A stretch of DNA of 63,708 nucleotides, filler included, from Saprolegnia diclina VS20 (GCF_000281045.1; 8 parts of one record of this genome joined end to end with filler, not necessarily neighbours in it), one strand, 5' to 3'. Counted from the whole stretch's first letter, positions 10,591-23,885 are shown. Notes: generated by a model not told the origin, from the letters alone. Translations and numbers: made by a program.

Positions 10591-12521
10591 ATGGGGCTGA
10601 CCAAGCTGCCGTCGCCGCGCCCGCCCGTATCGCCCAAGGTGGCCGAGGTGCTCCAGGCGCAGGTGCTGCCACCTCGCTCTTGCCGATCGATGCCAACATC
10701 GTGGCCATGTAGATTCACCGGCGGTCCGAGGCCAACGACCCGCTCTGGCAGGAGGCGACGACGCAGCTACGCCATGTGAAGGCGCTACGCCAAGTACGTC
10801 GTGTGAATCTCTTGCAGGCATCGAGACGACGTCGTTTTGATCTAGTTGCGAGCAAAGCGGTATCGAATCGAGATATGGATGACGGCCTTCGCGGTCATCA
10901 GCGTCGTCGCGGCCGCCCTCTCGATGCAGGTGGGCCCATTAGTACATACCGCGATCTCACGCTTCGACTACTAGCTGTCCATTGTCCACACGACCCAAGC
11001 CGTCGACCTCAACCGAAGCGATATGGCCTTTGCTGTTGACGTGCTCCGGTCGATCATTGCGACCACCACCATCTTCCTCTACGGCCTCGTGCTGCTTCGT
11101 TATGGTACGCTACCACGCATACACCGCCAGTTATAGATTGATGGTAGACGTCGTCTGTGACTTGCGCATCGCGTCGACACGACTGCATCCGACGGCGAAA
11201 TTCTACCATCCGTCAGCCGGGCTGCTGCCGTACATTTCGGCCCGCCGCGATCCAGTGTTTCAAACTCTGTTTGCTCTAGGAAAGCGCTGTTTGAGTGCTT
11301 TATTCTGTCGCTGCACGTGCCACCGACGTTTGCTCGTCTCTTTATCTCGCATCGGTTCATGGGCAGTCCCGAGCGCGTACGTCGTCCTCACTGCCAGCGA
11401 TCATCATACATGGTCGGCTTGTAGGCGCACCACCAACGACTGTGTGCACCAGGGATGCAGCTCGACGCAACTGGTTTTTGCTACCTCGATCTGCCGTGGT
11501 CCTTGGACCAATTTGGTTTGGCCATGCGCCAACTGGACTCGAATCTGAGCGTGTCTAGATGTGGTCGTGTTTGTGCGACTGTATGTGGTGTTCCGCCTCC
11601 TTCGGCACCAGCTCGGTTTCGAGTCGCCCGACATTGAGTGGCAAGGTACAAGCTGAGGCGTCACGTCTTTAGTACCACATTGTGGACTAGGGACCCAGTG
11701 GCATGTGCAGACTAGCTCATTCTGGTTCACGATCAAGCACATGTTTCATAAGCACCCCGTGCTCTTTTCGGCCATGAGCTTTGGCGCGACGTGGCTTTGC
11801 ACAGCGCTTGTCGTGCAGTTCTTGGAGCACGCTATCAACGCCGACATTGACTCGCTCTCCGAAGCGCTTTGGCTGACCGTGCTGACCATGGTGTGTCACC
11901 ACTTTGACGCGACGCATTACGTTCAACTAGGCTACGGTTGGCCTCGGTAGCGCACCCCCCATCTCGGTGCAGGGCCAGGTGGCCATCGTCATCGGCGGCA
12001 TCGTCGGTGGAGCGATCATGAACGCACTCCTTACGACCGTGCTCATCAGCTCGCTGCACCTCACAGAGAAGGAGGACGAAGTCATCCAAACGATTCATGC
12101 GCGCGATCTGCACGTGGCTCACCACCAAGCGGCCATTCGCCTCTTGCAGGTACACGAGCTCTGTCTGCAGAATTCTTGACGAAGAAGAGCTAGACATTTG
12201 GACGTGACGTGCTCTTGCGTCAAGCCACGCCCAAGGCGTCGTGGTGTACCTTGCGTCGAAGCCGCCACCGCATCATCCAGTGCGTGTGCTGGATGAAGAC
12301 GCTTGGTTGATGCTGCTTCTAGGGCGGCGACTGCCTTCCAGACGTATCGGCGGCGCATGCGCGAGCGGTCGCATGAAGATGTGCTCGAGGCCTGCCATGA
12401 CAAGGTCGAAGCCATCGCGCACTCAGGCGCAACGTCCGTCGAACGCGCGTGCATGGCGTCCCTCGATGCGATCGAAGCCAAGCTCGCGCAGGTGCATGCG
12501 CAACTTCGGACCCTCGACTAA
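10591..12521 (+). CDS. Small-conductance Ca2+-activated (SK/KCNN-like) potassium channel, many small exons
   Basis: S5 segment FWFTIKHMFHKHPVLF...VVQFLEH. Pore helix EALWLTVLTM is spliced across intron 11891..11930 to ATVGLGS. S6 GQVAIVIGGIVGGAIMNALLTTVL is followed by LHLTEKE and the calmodulin-binding-like HQAAIRLLQ. The 5' exon structure is uncertain. Confidence 0.75.
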
Positions 12522-12889
12522 TGCATCAACGAGTTGGCACTACTACGTCATCTGCAGCCATATTAGTTGGTCAACACCTTGAGAAATGCTGGATGGCGTC
12601 GTCGCTACACACGAATTCCGCAAGAAACGTTGATATGACATTCTGTACAAAAGCGAGCTGCGACTGACATGAGCCGAGACCTCTCTTGAGCTGCGTACGT
12701 CGTAGCGGGGCATGCTGAACCGGGTCGGGTCGACAGTATTGGTCGCTTGGCTTTTTGAAAGTGGCTGGCGATGTAGGACGCCTTGTGGTGTCATAGATGA
12801 ACTCCACCAAACTACGGTTCTCTACCGATATTTTCAACTAGGAAACAACAAGATTATCCTCACGGTAGACTAAATAATAGTAACACGCT

Positions 12890-15800
12890 CTAGCTCCAGA
12901 GCCCGAGCTTGCGCGCTTGCTCCTTGAGGTCGTCGACAGCCTCGGTGCTCTCGACAGCTTTGAGCGGCACGAGCGTCTTGACCGACATGTGGCGTTTCTT
13001 GGCGAATGTCGGCTTTTCCTTCAGCGACGCCATCGCAGCCGCCGAGAACGCACCTTCGCTCGCACACGTGACGAGCGACTTGGTCGTCGACTCCTTCCCG
13101 AGCCGCGCCGGTGCGCGCTTCTCGCGCTGCGACCGCTTCCGCACCAACGGCGCCGGGCTCACGACGGCTACGCACAGCCAATGTTACAGCCCATATCGTA
13201 CACAGACGGCGTCGGTACCCATCTCAGGCTCTTCGTCGACCTTGTCCAAGTCGGCCTTGGTCGACGGCGCGGGTTCAACTTCGGGGTGAGCACTCGTTTC
13301 GTCCGAGACGTCGTCGTCGACTTCAACCAAATCGACATTGCTAGTCCATGGCGTGAGACGAGGATGCGGCGCCAAGCTCAAGTATACCACGTGGCGTCCA
13401 TAGGCTCCACTTTGGGAAACTGCATCAAGTTGCCTTGCGGCATCTCTTCAACGTCCACATTGCCGCTGGCGTCGGACCCGAGGTGCACCATATCGACGGC
13501 GATCACCGGTAAATGCGGTATCGGCGGTTGTCGGTCCGGGATTTCGGCCACAAACTTGGTGCTAAACAGGTCCGTGTAGTCGTCAAGCGGGTACTTGTAC
13601 GGCGGCGGGCGTGTCCGCGTCTTCTGATGCTCGTGCGTAATCGTTGGCGGCCGGACGATCGGGGGGGTCGGGTTCGTTCCACGTGCGTCTTTGCCGACCA
13701 TCGAGAGGTTGATGAGGGCGAGGACGGCGCCGGACGTCACTTTGGGGGACTCGCGCGAGAGATTGGCGAGCGCCAACGAGCACGCATCCCGTGTCTACAC
13801 GCCCATTGACAACTTGTCCACAAATGAAACGAAACGACGTACCACGTCATTGTCGATCTTGGCCAAGTGCAGAAGCGCGGGCACGGCTTGCTCGAGCACC
13901 ATTTGGTGCGTGTTGGCCATGTCGTTGGAGAGGTGTCCGAGCGCCATGGCACAGCAGTGGTAGATGTCGTAGCGCGCTTTGCTCATGGCGACTTGAACAA
14001 GAAGACGCGTGCAGCCGAGCTGCACCATGGCTTGGCGCACCGACACTTCGGCCGACAGCATGCATAGACTAGTCACTCCACTTAGGTGCTTGGACCCGAT
14101 GGTATCGTAGGAGGATACCACGCGGCGCAGCGCCATTGTGTTTCGAGCGTCGCGTTGGTCAAGAGCACTTGCAGCGACCGAATCACGTCCTACCGCCCAC
14201 ACTCCATCCTGTGACTCGTAGCATCGGAGGTACCTTGACAACCATGCTGCGCGGCAACGACTCGATGTAGCTCATGGAACAGAGCACGTCGGCGCAGTCG
14301 AGCGCGGCAGCTTCGTCGCTCTTGTGTTCAAGGCTGCACGCGAGTTTCGAGACGAGCTCGATGATCATCGGACTCGAAAGTACGTGCTGCGCAAAGTCTT
14401 TTGTGCGAGAGAGCTGCCGCACGAGAATGCACATGAGCGCGCGGTTGATCGTGTGGTCGTCGTCATGACACGTGAGCAGTGCGTCAAAGATGCCGTGCTG
14501 GATCATCACTGCAGCATGCGACTCGTCAAATGAGAGACAGCAGAGCCCGAGAAGCATCACGTCCAAAATCGCTTGGTTGGACGCAAATTGCGGCACAATG
14601 GCAATGAGCGCCTGGGATACGTGGAGGACGTCGACGTTCTGCCGCGCGCTGTCGTGCCACAAGACGTGGCAGAGCACCGAGACAGCAAGCTCGATCGTCA
14701 TCGGGTCGGGGGCCTCAAGGTACGCGAGTAGCATCGTGATGCACTTGGCGTCGCTCACATACTCGCGCGTGTCGTCGTGAAGCGCGAGAAGCAAGAGCGC
14801 CGAGACGAGCCGGCCCATGCGGTGCGACGTCTTCTCGGAGAGGAAGACTATCGCGTCCATGAGCCCTTCCCGCACGGCCGCCATGCGCGTGTCGGCGTAC
14901 AGCGCCAGCTCGCACGCGATCGACGCCAGCAGCGCCGTCGTCGAATCCAGCGGATGGTCCAGTTGCATGTACATGACAAGCGTCCGCAGCGACTGCGTCT
15001 CGTGGCAGAGCGTACTTCGCGCATCTTCCGAGCGCAAGAGCTTGGCATAGATCGTTGCTGGGATCGGGGATGCGTCAGTTGGATCGAGCTTCGTGATCGC
15101 AGGCAATAGCTTCACAAGTCCTTCCTTGAGAATTGGCGCCTAAGGTCGACGTACGATAAGACGAGCGCTGCTGTTGGCGTATACCATGGTCGAGTCGAGC
15201 AGCAGGTTGCCAAGCGCCCGCGCGCACGTTTCTTTGGTGAACGCGCTGCCCGAGCGGACGGCACAAATCATAAAGAGGACGCCGACCGCGCCTTCGCCCA
15301 CGAGCTTGGCCTCGTGCCCCGGCGAGCACGAGAGGTTGCAGAGCGCTTTGGCGCAGTCGCTCTGACTCTCCTCGCTGTACGAGTTGCTCAGAATCGAGAG
15401 GACGCTGACAATGTTGGAGCTCAAGAGCACGTCGTGCACTGCTTTCTCGCTTGCGAGGTTGCCGAGCGTCGTGGCGCACCGGCGTTGAATCTCGGGGTCG
15501 CGGAGCTTGGCGAGCTTTGTGAGCGACGGCAAGACGCCAAGGTGCACCAATTGAACGCGGCAAACTTCGTGGAACGAGAGCGACGCAAGGAGGTCGCAGC
15601 AGCACGCTTTGGTCTCGCTGTCGCGGCTGTTGACGCACGACTCCAAGACGGCGCCGACGCCGCCTTCGTGCAGGATGAGGCCGGCGCAGGCTTCGTCTTG
15701 CGAGAGCATGCTTAGACACGCGACGCAGTAGCGCTGAATGGGCATGACATCGGTCGCCAGCGCGCGGGTGATGACGCGGACAACGTCAAGGTTGGCAACC

Positions 15801-17851
15801 ACGTGTCGCGTGTGAACATCGGCTGCAAGGTAGCACAGCGCCGCCGTGCAGAGCGTCAATAGCGTCGGGTGCGAGCTCGCGTGGCAAAGGTGCACGATGG
15901 CCGCGATGCCACCTCCGGTGCTCATCGACTCGCGTGACGTGCCGTTCTGACAGAGGTTATACAGCGCGGCGGCGTAGAGGAGCTGGGCTTGCGGCGGCGA
16001 GTGCGGCAGCTGCGCGAGTTCAAAGAGCGCCGAGAGCGCGCCGGACGCAGCAATTTCGATCGCCGCTTGCTTGACCATGAGAAAGTTGCACAGCGCGAGC
16101 GTGCCCATGCGCTTGACGTCGTTGGGCGCGTTGGCCGTGAGCGCGGTGAGGATCGCGATGCCGTCGCGCTCGACGAGCTTGGTCCGCGTCTCTTCGCTGC
16201 ACGAACAGTTGTGCACCGCAGTGGCGCACACCTTGCGAATGTCGTTGGCCAATGCCTCTGGCGCGGCTTCGTACGTCGGGGACCGCAGCAGGAAGGTTAC
16301 AATGGAGAGGAGTCCCTCGAGCACGAGCCGTAGCCGGATCGTGCTCTCTTTACTAAAGTTGCTCAAGGTGCTGCCGATGATCCACTGCGTTTGTGGTGTG
16401 AGCGTCGGCGACCCGGCGAGGGCGACAAGGACATTCATGGACCCTTTGGTAACGAGCTCGACGCGGCACGAGCGCATGGCCGAGATGTTGCAGAGCACGT
16501 ACGCAAGCATGTGTTTCACCTAGCGCTCGACCATCAGCAATGCAACCACGCAACATACAAGCTACGGCACCTCGGCGTCTTGGGATCGAAGCAGCGCCGT
16601 GATGGCCGATACAATGCCTTCTTCCATGAGCCGCGAACGAACGCGTTTCATGTTGGAGAGGTTCACGAACGACGTCGCACACATGAGCATGGTGCGCTTC
16701 TTGGCCTGGCCGCTCGCCGAGAGCGCAACAAGGGCCTTGATGACGACTTCGATTTGGTAGTAGGGCTCCTTCACGCACGTCAGGTTAAAGATGCCACGTT
16801 CGCAAATCGACGCCACGGACGCGGTCTCGTTGATCAGTCCTGCGAGCGCCCCGACCGCCCCGTCGGCCACCAACGTGCTTTCGTCGCCCGGAAGGCAGCA
16901 CAGGTTGCATAACGTCAAAGCGCACGCTGTCTGGAGCGTCTTGTCGTCGCCGCCGTTGAGGATCGAGACGATCGTCTTGACGGCCCCGAGCTTGATGAGC
17001 CCGCGGCGGAGGTCCGAGACGTTGGAGAGGTTCATAAAGGTCGTGACGCAGTGGATCCGCGTGGCGAGGTCGTCGGTTTTGGAGAGGAGGATGATGGCTT
17101 GCACGACGCCTTCGTCGACCATGAGCCGGGCGTTTGCGGGGTTGGAGCTCCAGTTCGCGAGCGTGGACGAGCACCGCTGCGCTTGCGTCTTGACGCGGGC
17201 AGCATTCGACGACTCGGACTCGACCGACGGAAGCGACGGGGCGTCCGCGAGCGCTTCCTTCAACGCGTTGCCGTCAATCGACTGCGCGATCGGCGCGTTC
17301 CCCGGCGAGAGGAGAAACGACGATTTGTGCCCAAAGAGCAGCGCGTGGGACTTCTTCATGCGGGACATGTACAGCATGCCATCAATGTACTCGCCCCGCG
17401 TGCCAAAGTGGTCGCCAATGTAGTGTCGAAAGGCCTCGGTGACACTGGGCACCGTCCGATTCGAGCGCTCATTTCGCACCGTCGTCGGCTGCGGCTTTAT
17501 CGAGAGCGCGGTGAGCGCGAGCTTGGCGTCCTTGTGCGGCGTCGACGGCTTTCGCTTGCCGGGGCTGCTCACGTCGCCGAGTAGCGCGACGGTCCGGCGC
17601 TTGGGCGTGGCCTCTGGCGCTGGTGTGGCCTGCGCTGTCGGGATGCTCATGCGCTTGGACGTGTGGCCTTCGTAGTCGAGCGCAAACCCGCTCTTCTCGA
17701 AAATCTTGTCGTCCGAGAGGGCAAAGCTGCGGGCCGAGATGACCAGCTTGGTGGTCCGCCTTGCAGTCTTGCTGGCCGTCGGCGTCGGCTCGGCGCTCTC
17801 ATCGAGAAGCCCGCGCCGCTTCTCATGCTCCCACAGCAGGTCGAGGTTCAT
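12890..17851 (-). CDS. Large armadillo/ARM-repeat protein (Vac8-like repeats), multi-exon
   Basis: Successive in-register ORFs (16562..17851, 15140..16519, 14183..15115, 13795..14070, 13378..13776, 12890..13162) with repeated CAxALxNLS, LVxxGAVxAL and ALANLS motifs, separated by short GT-AG introns. Confidence 0.88.
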
Positions 17852-18301
17852 GCGGGGCCGACGCGTCCGCGACTCTGAAGATCTAAATCGAGCGCAAAAC
17901 GGATGCCACGATTAAAGAATTATTGGCCAATCCATATCGTGCAAGAGTATGAATTATAGCCAATCCCAGCGCGATGCACGGCGCCGTCGACGGTCCACGA
18001 CGTACGACTGCTAGAGACTTGACGCGACTGTGAAGGAGCCAAAGTCTTGGGTTTAGGGTATTCTGCGAACGGCTTGGACGCTGTGTGCGAGGATCCGAGA
18101 TGGCGTGGGTACATTCCTGGTGTCTGCGCTTGCCACGTCATAGGCGTTTCGCCTCGCAGCCAATCCGGGCGCTGCATGACACCGTTGTTCGCATTGGCAA
18201 GTTGGTCATGCGGCATGTCACGTCAAGAATCACACAAGGAGCAATGTTTGAGTTTGCCCAATAACTATTCGCTAGTCGTAGCCTTTATTACAATGAACGC
18301 G

Positions 18302-21063
18302 CTAGATATCGGCGGTGGTGTGCGTGTCAGCGATCTGTTCGAGCAGCGGCAGCGCATCGTCGTACTTGACAAGGGCATATGGAATGCGGATGTTGCGTGT
18401 CCAGAGCAAGGGGTCGTCTTTGGCCCCGACGCCGTCGCCCGATGCGTAGTGACTGCCAGGGCTGCAGTGCTGATCAAAGCCCGAAGCACATTGGTTGTCG
18501 ACGTCGAAAATAAGAACGCCGAGGGCGCCGGCGGCTTGTGCGTGCGCCACTTTGGTATAAAATGGCACAACACCGCGATGCACGAGGAGAATGCGGTCGC
18601 GGACAGCGTCGGCATTGGACAAGGGAGCGTTGCCGAGGATTGGGTCGGCCAGCACGGCTTCTACGTGACGCAGATGCGTCATCACGCTGACGAATACGAG
18701 AACGAGTCGTACCTGCGATGATATCGTACGCTTTCAAGCTGTGCTGCCCCGACCACACATCAGCCCGCCACGTCGACCAAATCACCTTGTTCTTGGCATC
18801 GAGCTTGCGCACCGGGTTGGCCAGCCCGACAAGCTGGTACGGCGACACAGTCTGCAGCACATCGGAAAAGACGAGAACGGGACCCGTTGCCAGTGGCGCC
18901 ACCGTAGCTCCGATCTGCAGCGAGTCTCGGTCGTACGTCCGAGTAAAGTGGGGCGCGCCTTGCCCTCGCACGACCTCTACAAACGATTGCTCGATCAAGA
19001 AGCACCAAGAATCCGCGCACCTCGGCGGTCCTGGGAGCTGCTAGGCTCGAGCTCGACCGTGTCGGACCAGACGCTAAAGCCGCTCGCACCAAGTTCGTTG
19101 ATGGCCGCCACCTGGAATTGATAACTGGATGTCGCCCGAAGGTTGCAAATATGGCCCGTCATGTTTTTCACACGGAGCGACAACTCGTGCTTGGTGACGA
19201 CGAGCGCGTCATTGGTGACGACGTCGTACTGCATACTGTCGTTGAACGGCCGCCAACGCAACGGCACCGACGCATTCGTCGTCGGTGCATGCCGCGCCGC
19301 GATCGCGTACCCCAAAATCGGCCGGCCGCCGTCGTCCACGACGGGCAGCCACGTAAGCTGCACACAGTTGGGAGCGTCCGATGCTACTGCCTCCGGAAGT
19401 CCCGGGACTGGCGCCGGCACGGACGCGGGTTTCGTGCGAATGTTCTGGGACCGTTCGCTGAGCAAGCCGAGCGCGTTCCCGACAAAGAGCCGCACCGCAA
19501 ACGTGTACGACGTGTTGGCGGCGAGATTCGGGACGCGCCCGGTGATGGCGCGGCCGTCAAAGTCACCGCCAAATGCAGTTGTTGGCAGCGCGCTGCGCAG
19601 CAAGTCGGCTTGCGTCAAGTTGGCAATGCCGGAGGACGCATTGGGTATCGCAGCGTCGGTGGCCCAGTGGATTTCATAGCCGTAGGTGGTCACGTCGCCT
19701 TTGCGCGGCTGGTGCAGATCTTGCCACGTCAGATGCACAACTGTGCGCCCCGTGTCCGAGTCTTGGAGCACAACCGGTGGCCGGGACACCTACGTCACGC
19801 TTTCGTCAAGTCCGGGTAAAGAGCAGGAGCGCACTGGGAGCGTGAGGCCCTGGATGACACTGTCCCACTTGCGGTCGTCCTGCCACATCTTGTACCGGTC
19901 CTTGCGCGACACGGCTTCGAGCTTGTCCTGATCGCTCTCTTTGGCAATGCGTTCGGGCTTGGGCCACGTGCGGTACATGGCCCACGTGCCCAACGACAGT
20001 GACGGACGGCGTGTCATAGACGTGTCGAACGTCGGCGCCTGCAACGCCAAGAGAAGTTGCCGCGCGGTCGTATCGACAAGCCCCGAGACGCGGAGATGTT
20101 GCTTGACGCGGTTGAGATTGGAGGCATCGGCAAAGCAAAAGCGGAGCATCGGTGACGACGCTGAGACAGCAAACCCGCTCGGTATGAACGCCATGTCGCC
20201 ATGCAGAAGACGGACGCCGGTGTCAGCGTCGATGCTACCGTGTGCATCGATGGTGGCTTCGAGCACCTCGGTCTCATCCTACACAAGTTGATATTTTATG
20301 GTAGATAGAATAGCACACGTACCGTCGCCGACATGTCCAAAGCGAACGTATACTCGTCGTAGCTGGGCACGTGCACTTGAAGCGACACGGTCGTGGTGTC
20401 AGTCACTGCCGCCAGAACCATGTGCAACCCAAAGGGGCAGTGCAGCGGCCCGTCGGTCGCGGCCACCATATCCGGCAAGAGCGTCTCTTTGATCGACTCG
20501 ACACGCTGCATGTAGTCGTTGACGACGACCTGCGGCACGCGAAATGACGCGAGCGCGTCGGTGCAGGCCGCGTCGGGCGTCTGCAGCGCCGATCGGGTTC
20601 CAAAGCACGCGGTGAGGAGCGCGGGCGGAACGACGAGCGTCTCGACCAAGCGGATCGGGTGCGACGCTAAAATGTGCTTTTCAAATACATCCTGGTACGT
20701 GGTATCGTTGGTTGCGTGCCAGAAATGCACGTGGCGCGCCGACAGCAGCGGGGCGGCGACGCTCGTGCGCAGCGCATCGCGGTACTTGACCTCGTTGCAG
20801 TGCCGAAGAAGCTCGGGGTCGACCGTACTATCGTCTGACGCCATGTACGCGTTGAGATTGCTGTATCCCTCGGCTCTGCAGCGCTCGAGCTCCTTGTCGA
20901 TGTCGACGACGCCTGGCACCGAGACAAGGGAAGGTGCCACGTCATCGTCGAGGATGCGCGCCGCATCTTGCGCCAGTGAATCGCGCGCCAATGGCGCACC
21001 AACGTCCGTCGGCGAGGCGTGAATCAAAGCCGCCGCCAGGGCAGCGAGGAAGATACGCACCAT
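18302..21063 (-). CDS. Secreted/lumenal protein: signal peptide, degenerate JmjC/cupin-like domain, two fibronectin type III domains, C-terminal PA domain
   Basis: Leader MVRIFLAALAAALIHA. Cupin-like motifs FEKHILASHPI, LHCPFGLH, LLHGDMAFIPSGF and FADASN. FN3 motifs VHLTW...GYEIHW...NLAANTSYTFAV and VQLTWLPVVDDGGRPILGY...NLRATSSYQFQVAAINELGAS. PA motif ILLVHRGVVPFYTKVAHAQAAGALGVLI. Confidence 0.78.
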
Positions 21064-22465
21064 GCTCGCCGTCGTCCCTAGATCTTTGCGACCGTTCGGG
21101 CAAATCTTAGGAAATTGAATTTCAGAGGTTATGACGTGGCACGGTGTGGGTCAAAAGAGCAGCAAATTCCAATAATTGGACCTATTTTCAACTGAATGCA
21201 GCTCCGTCAAAACTCGCATTTTACGTTGTTTCATTGTTGCCATCCCATGCCATAAACCACATCTCGAAGATGCGACAACGCCTGCCCTAGTCAAAGCGTC
21301 TACGACATAGATAACATTGAATGAATACCGTCCATTTTCGACGACATGAAGTTTAGTATCCGGATTTATTCGGATGCGGGCTCGGACAGTTTCATTTACC
21401 GGTTCCCGGACGGCTTGCAATCCTCTGTCAGGTGGTCCGAGTGCAGGAGCCTGCGTACGACCTCACGCGAGCTATGACTCGGCGAGTGGGGCTTACCACG
21501 GGATGGATCTCTCCGTACGCAGCTCACTCCCAACGACCAAGTGCTAACTCCCACGCATTCAGGCGTAGCGCTACGTAAGCGAAGTCTTCGAGTTAGTTTT
21601 CGCTAATTTGATTTCAACTCGAACACGTTTGATTGATTGATTGATGTACTATAGTCGAGCCCATAAATTCGTCATGCGGGTGACGCGATGTAGACACAGG
21701 TTCGTCTTTTTGTTCTTCTGTAGGTCAAGGTCGGGGCTTGAACGGACGGTATTGCTGTGCCAAGGAAGCTGTGCACAACGTTGCTCGGCTTCGCGTCGCT
21801 TCAGTGTATCAGAGTCACCAATGCGTTTGCAGCAAGCGTATATTGCTCAATGTGCGATGCTACAAGGCACGTCCGAGGGAGGCAGCTGAGGGAGATTCGT
21901 ATCTACGGCAGCACAAAAAGGAACGTCTGTGAAATAATCAGATGGCGTCATGCGCATCTGATTCGGCGCGAATCAGATCAGAAATGATGCACGTCAGTTC
22001 TATCTGGGTCCGTGTTTCGTCTGCGGCAAAAGTAGCAAGATGAGGCCGACAGCGTGGACTGCCCGGCAACGAACTTTACAAACTACGGACACTGTGACGC
22101 TGATGCGAGAAAGGCGTTTTCAGTGGGCCCATGCGGAGTGCGAAGTACCGTACTAGTACACAAGTAAAGCGACGGGAGACTCGTTGGGTTTTAACGTTTG
22201 GACCCCTCTCTTGAAAGAAGTAGCATAGCAGGTTGAATGCAAAGTAATAGAAACCACGCCGGCTAGTTTAACACTAGTCGATTGGCACCCGAGACGATGG
22301 ACGATTTGACGAATCAGATCCTCGGATCTGATGCACGAACGCGGACCGAGACGGGGCCGCCTCGATAGCGCTTCGCAGTCAACCTGCCCTCCGTGGCACG
22401 GCTCGCCCGTGGGTTTTGCACAACCCGACGCCATTCATTGTACCTTTCGCTTCGATAGCAACACT

Positions 22466-23210
22466 ATGGTGCCTACCGCGATGCTGGCGCTAGCTTTCTT
22501 GTCGACGGCAGCCGCCGACGTCATTCCCAACTGGGGTGTTCAAGACGTCTGGGTGCACACAGCGACGTGGACTGCTGCCCACTGCCAGTGCTTTTGCGAA
22601 CGTCTCTGCTCGCATCCGACCGAGTATCTCAAAACCAACCTCGTCTCGTCCGTGCTCGTGCCGCGCCTCACGAATGGCTCGATCCCACGCTGTGATTTGG
22701 TGAGTGCGCCGTTTAGCCCAGCTGCCATCCGCGCCGTTGGCCAAAGCAGCCTGCAAACGTACTATCCGCTCGCGATGAGCCGCGACCTTGACCACATGTG
22801 GGACGCGAACTCGACCGAGCCCCGCTACGACGTGGGCAGCTTTGGGTACCCCTGTGGCGGTCTCCACGAAACGTCGTACCTCAAGACAGTTGTCCAGCTC
22901 GGCAAGTTCATCCAGACGCCGTCGCTCCTCGTGTCGAGCATTGGCCAAAACATTACGACGCAGTCGATCCGCGATGCGTTCAAGAAGGATCAAAACCTCG
23001 ACGTCGTTTTGCTCTGCTCCAGCGGCGGCTTTGCCGATGTTCTCACGTGCTGGACCAAGGCGACGCCGCTCATCTACCAAACGACGCAAGACGATCAAGA
23101 GATCGCGCCGCTGACGCCCGTGGCATGCCCGGCAGCAATCAAGGCCATGGATACGTGCTCGACACCAACCGTGCACATTTACGGCTTCAATGCGACAAGT
23201 GCGCCGACAC
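22466..23210 (+). CDS. Secreted RNase T2-fold protein lacking catalytic histidines (3' end truncated by assembly gap)
   Basis: Signal peptide MVPTAMLALAFLSTAAA. The T2 scaffold is recognisable (W-x3-HC, LQTYYP, CGGL..SYL, TPSLL..IG..IT.QSIRDAF, VVLLC, DVLTCWTK). The CAS I position reads LVSSVLVP instead of FTIHGLWP, and the CAS II position has no HEWxKHG. Confidence 0.7.
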
Positions 23211-23310
23211 NNNNNNNNNNNNNNNNNNNNNNNNNNNNNNNNNNNNNNNNNNNNTTAATTAATTAANNNNNNNNNNNNNNNNNNNNNNNNNNNNNNNNNN
23301 NNNNNNNNNN
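23211..23310. other. Artificial contig linker N44-TTAATTAATTAA-N44
   Basis: A 12-mer with stops in all six frames centred in 88 Ns. The identical 100-bp block recurs seven times in the window. Confidence 0.97.

Positions 23311-23405
<95 letters not shown>
23311..23405. repeat. (TAGA)n / (GATA)n microsatellite, about 24 units, at a contig start
   Basis: Perfect tetranucleotide tract seen directly; it probably caused the assembly break. Confidence 0.98.
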
Positions 23406-23885
23406 CTATTGGCGACAACCAACACTACGCGTCCAAGGCCCATGTCATGCACGTGTGCGTGTCGTGATGCACGTCAGCGCACCCATCACAAAAGTCGCGC
23501 TTCCCCGCTACTGTCTCGAAGCCTTCGAGTACAAGTTGCGGTATTATCGGTGGTTTCACGTTGCTGTGCCCATTCACGCATGACTATGAGTTATCTATCT
23601 CATCGGTGAGGGACTTTGGCAAAAAGGTGCTCGTTGCAACACGACCATCAAGTCTTGAAGGGACCTTGGGTCGCAGCCGCAAGATTATGGAAGGGGATGA
23701 CAACGAGCCGATGCGATAATCCTGTGCTAGTGAGACATCGCTTGAGGAAATTCCTTATCGTACCAAGCGCCGCCGCGTGCGTGCTTCTTTCGCACCCAAC
23801 GAGGTTTGCGTCGACGCGTAGTCTGATCCAACGTACTAGGCAATGATGACGGAGGGTCGCTTTGCCCGTGAACTTGTCGCGACAA

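Noticed and set aside
11918..11950. LGYG in the unspliced frame as the K+ channel filter
   Set aside because: That frame stops at 11950 and is out of register with S6; the spliced reading TVGLG is continuous.
21484..21529. Short imperfect hairpin GAGTGGGGCT...AGCTCACTC in the intergenic region
   Set aside because: Too short and imperfect to distinguish from chance in GC-rich DNA; no ncRNA family features.
23255..23266. Palindromic TTAATTAATTAA repeated seven times in the window (PacI/piggyBac-like appearance)
   Set aside because: It is always centred in exactly 88 Ns: an artificial six-frame-stop contig linker, not a biological repeat or CRISPR-like array.
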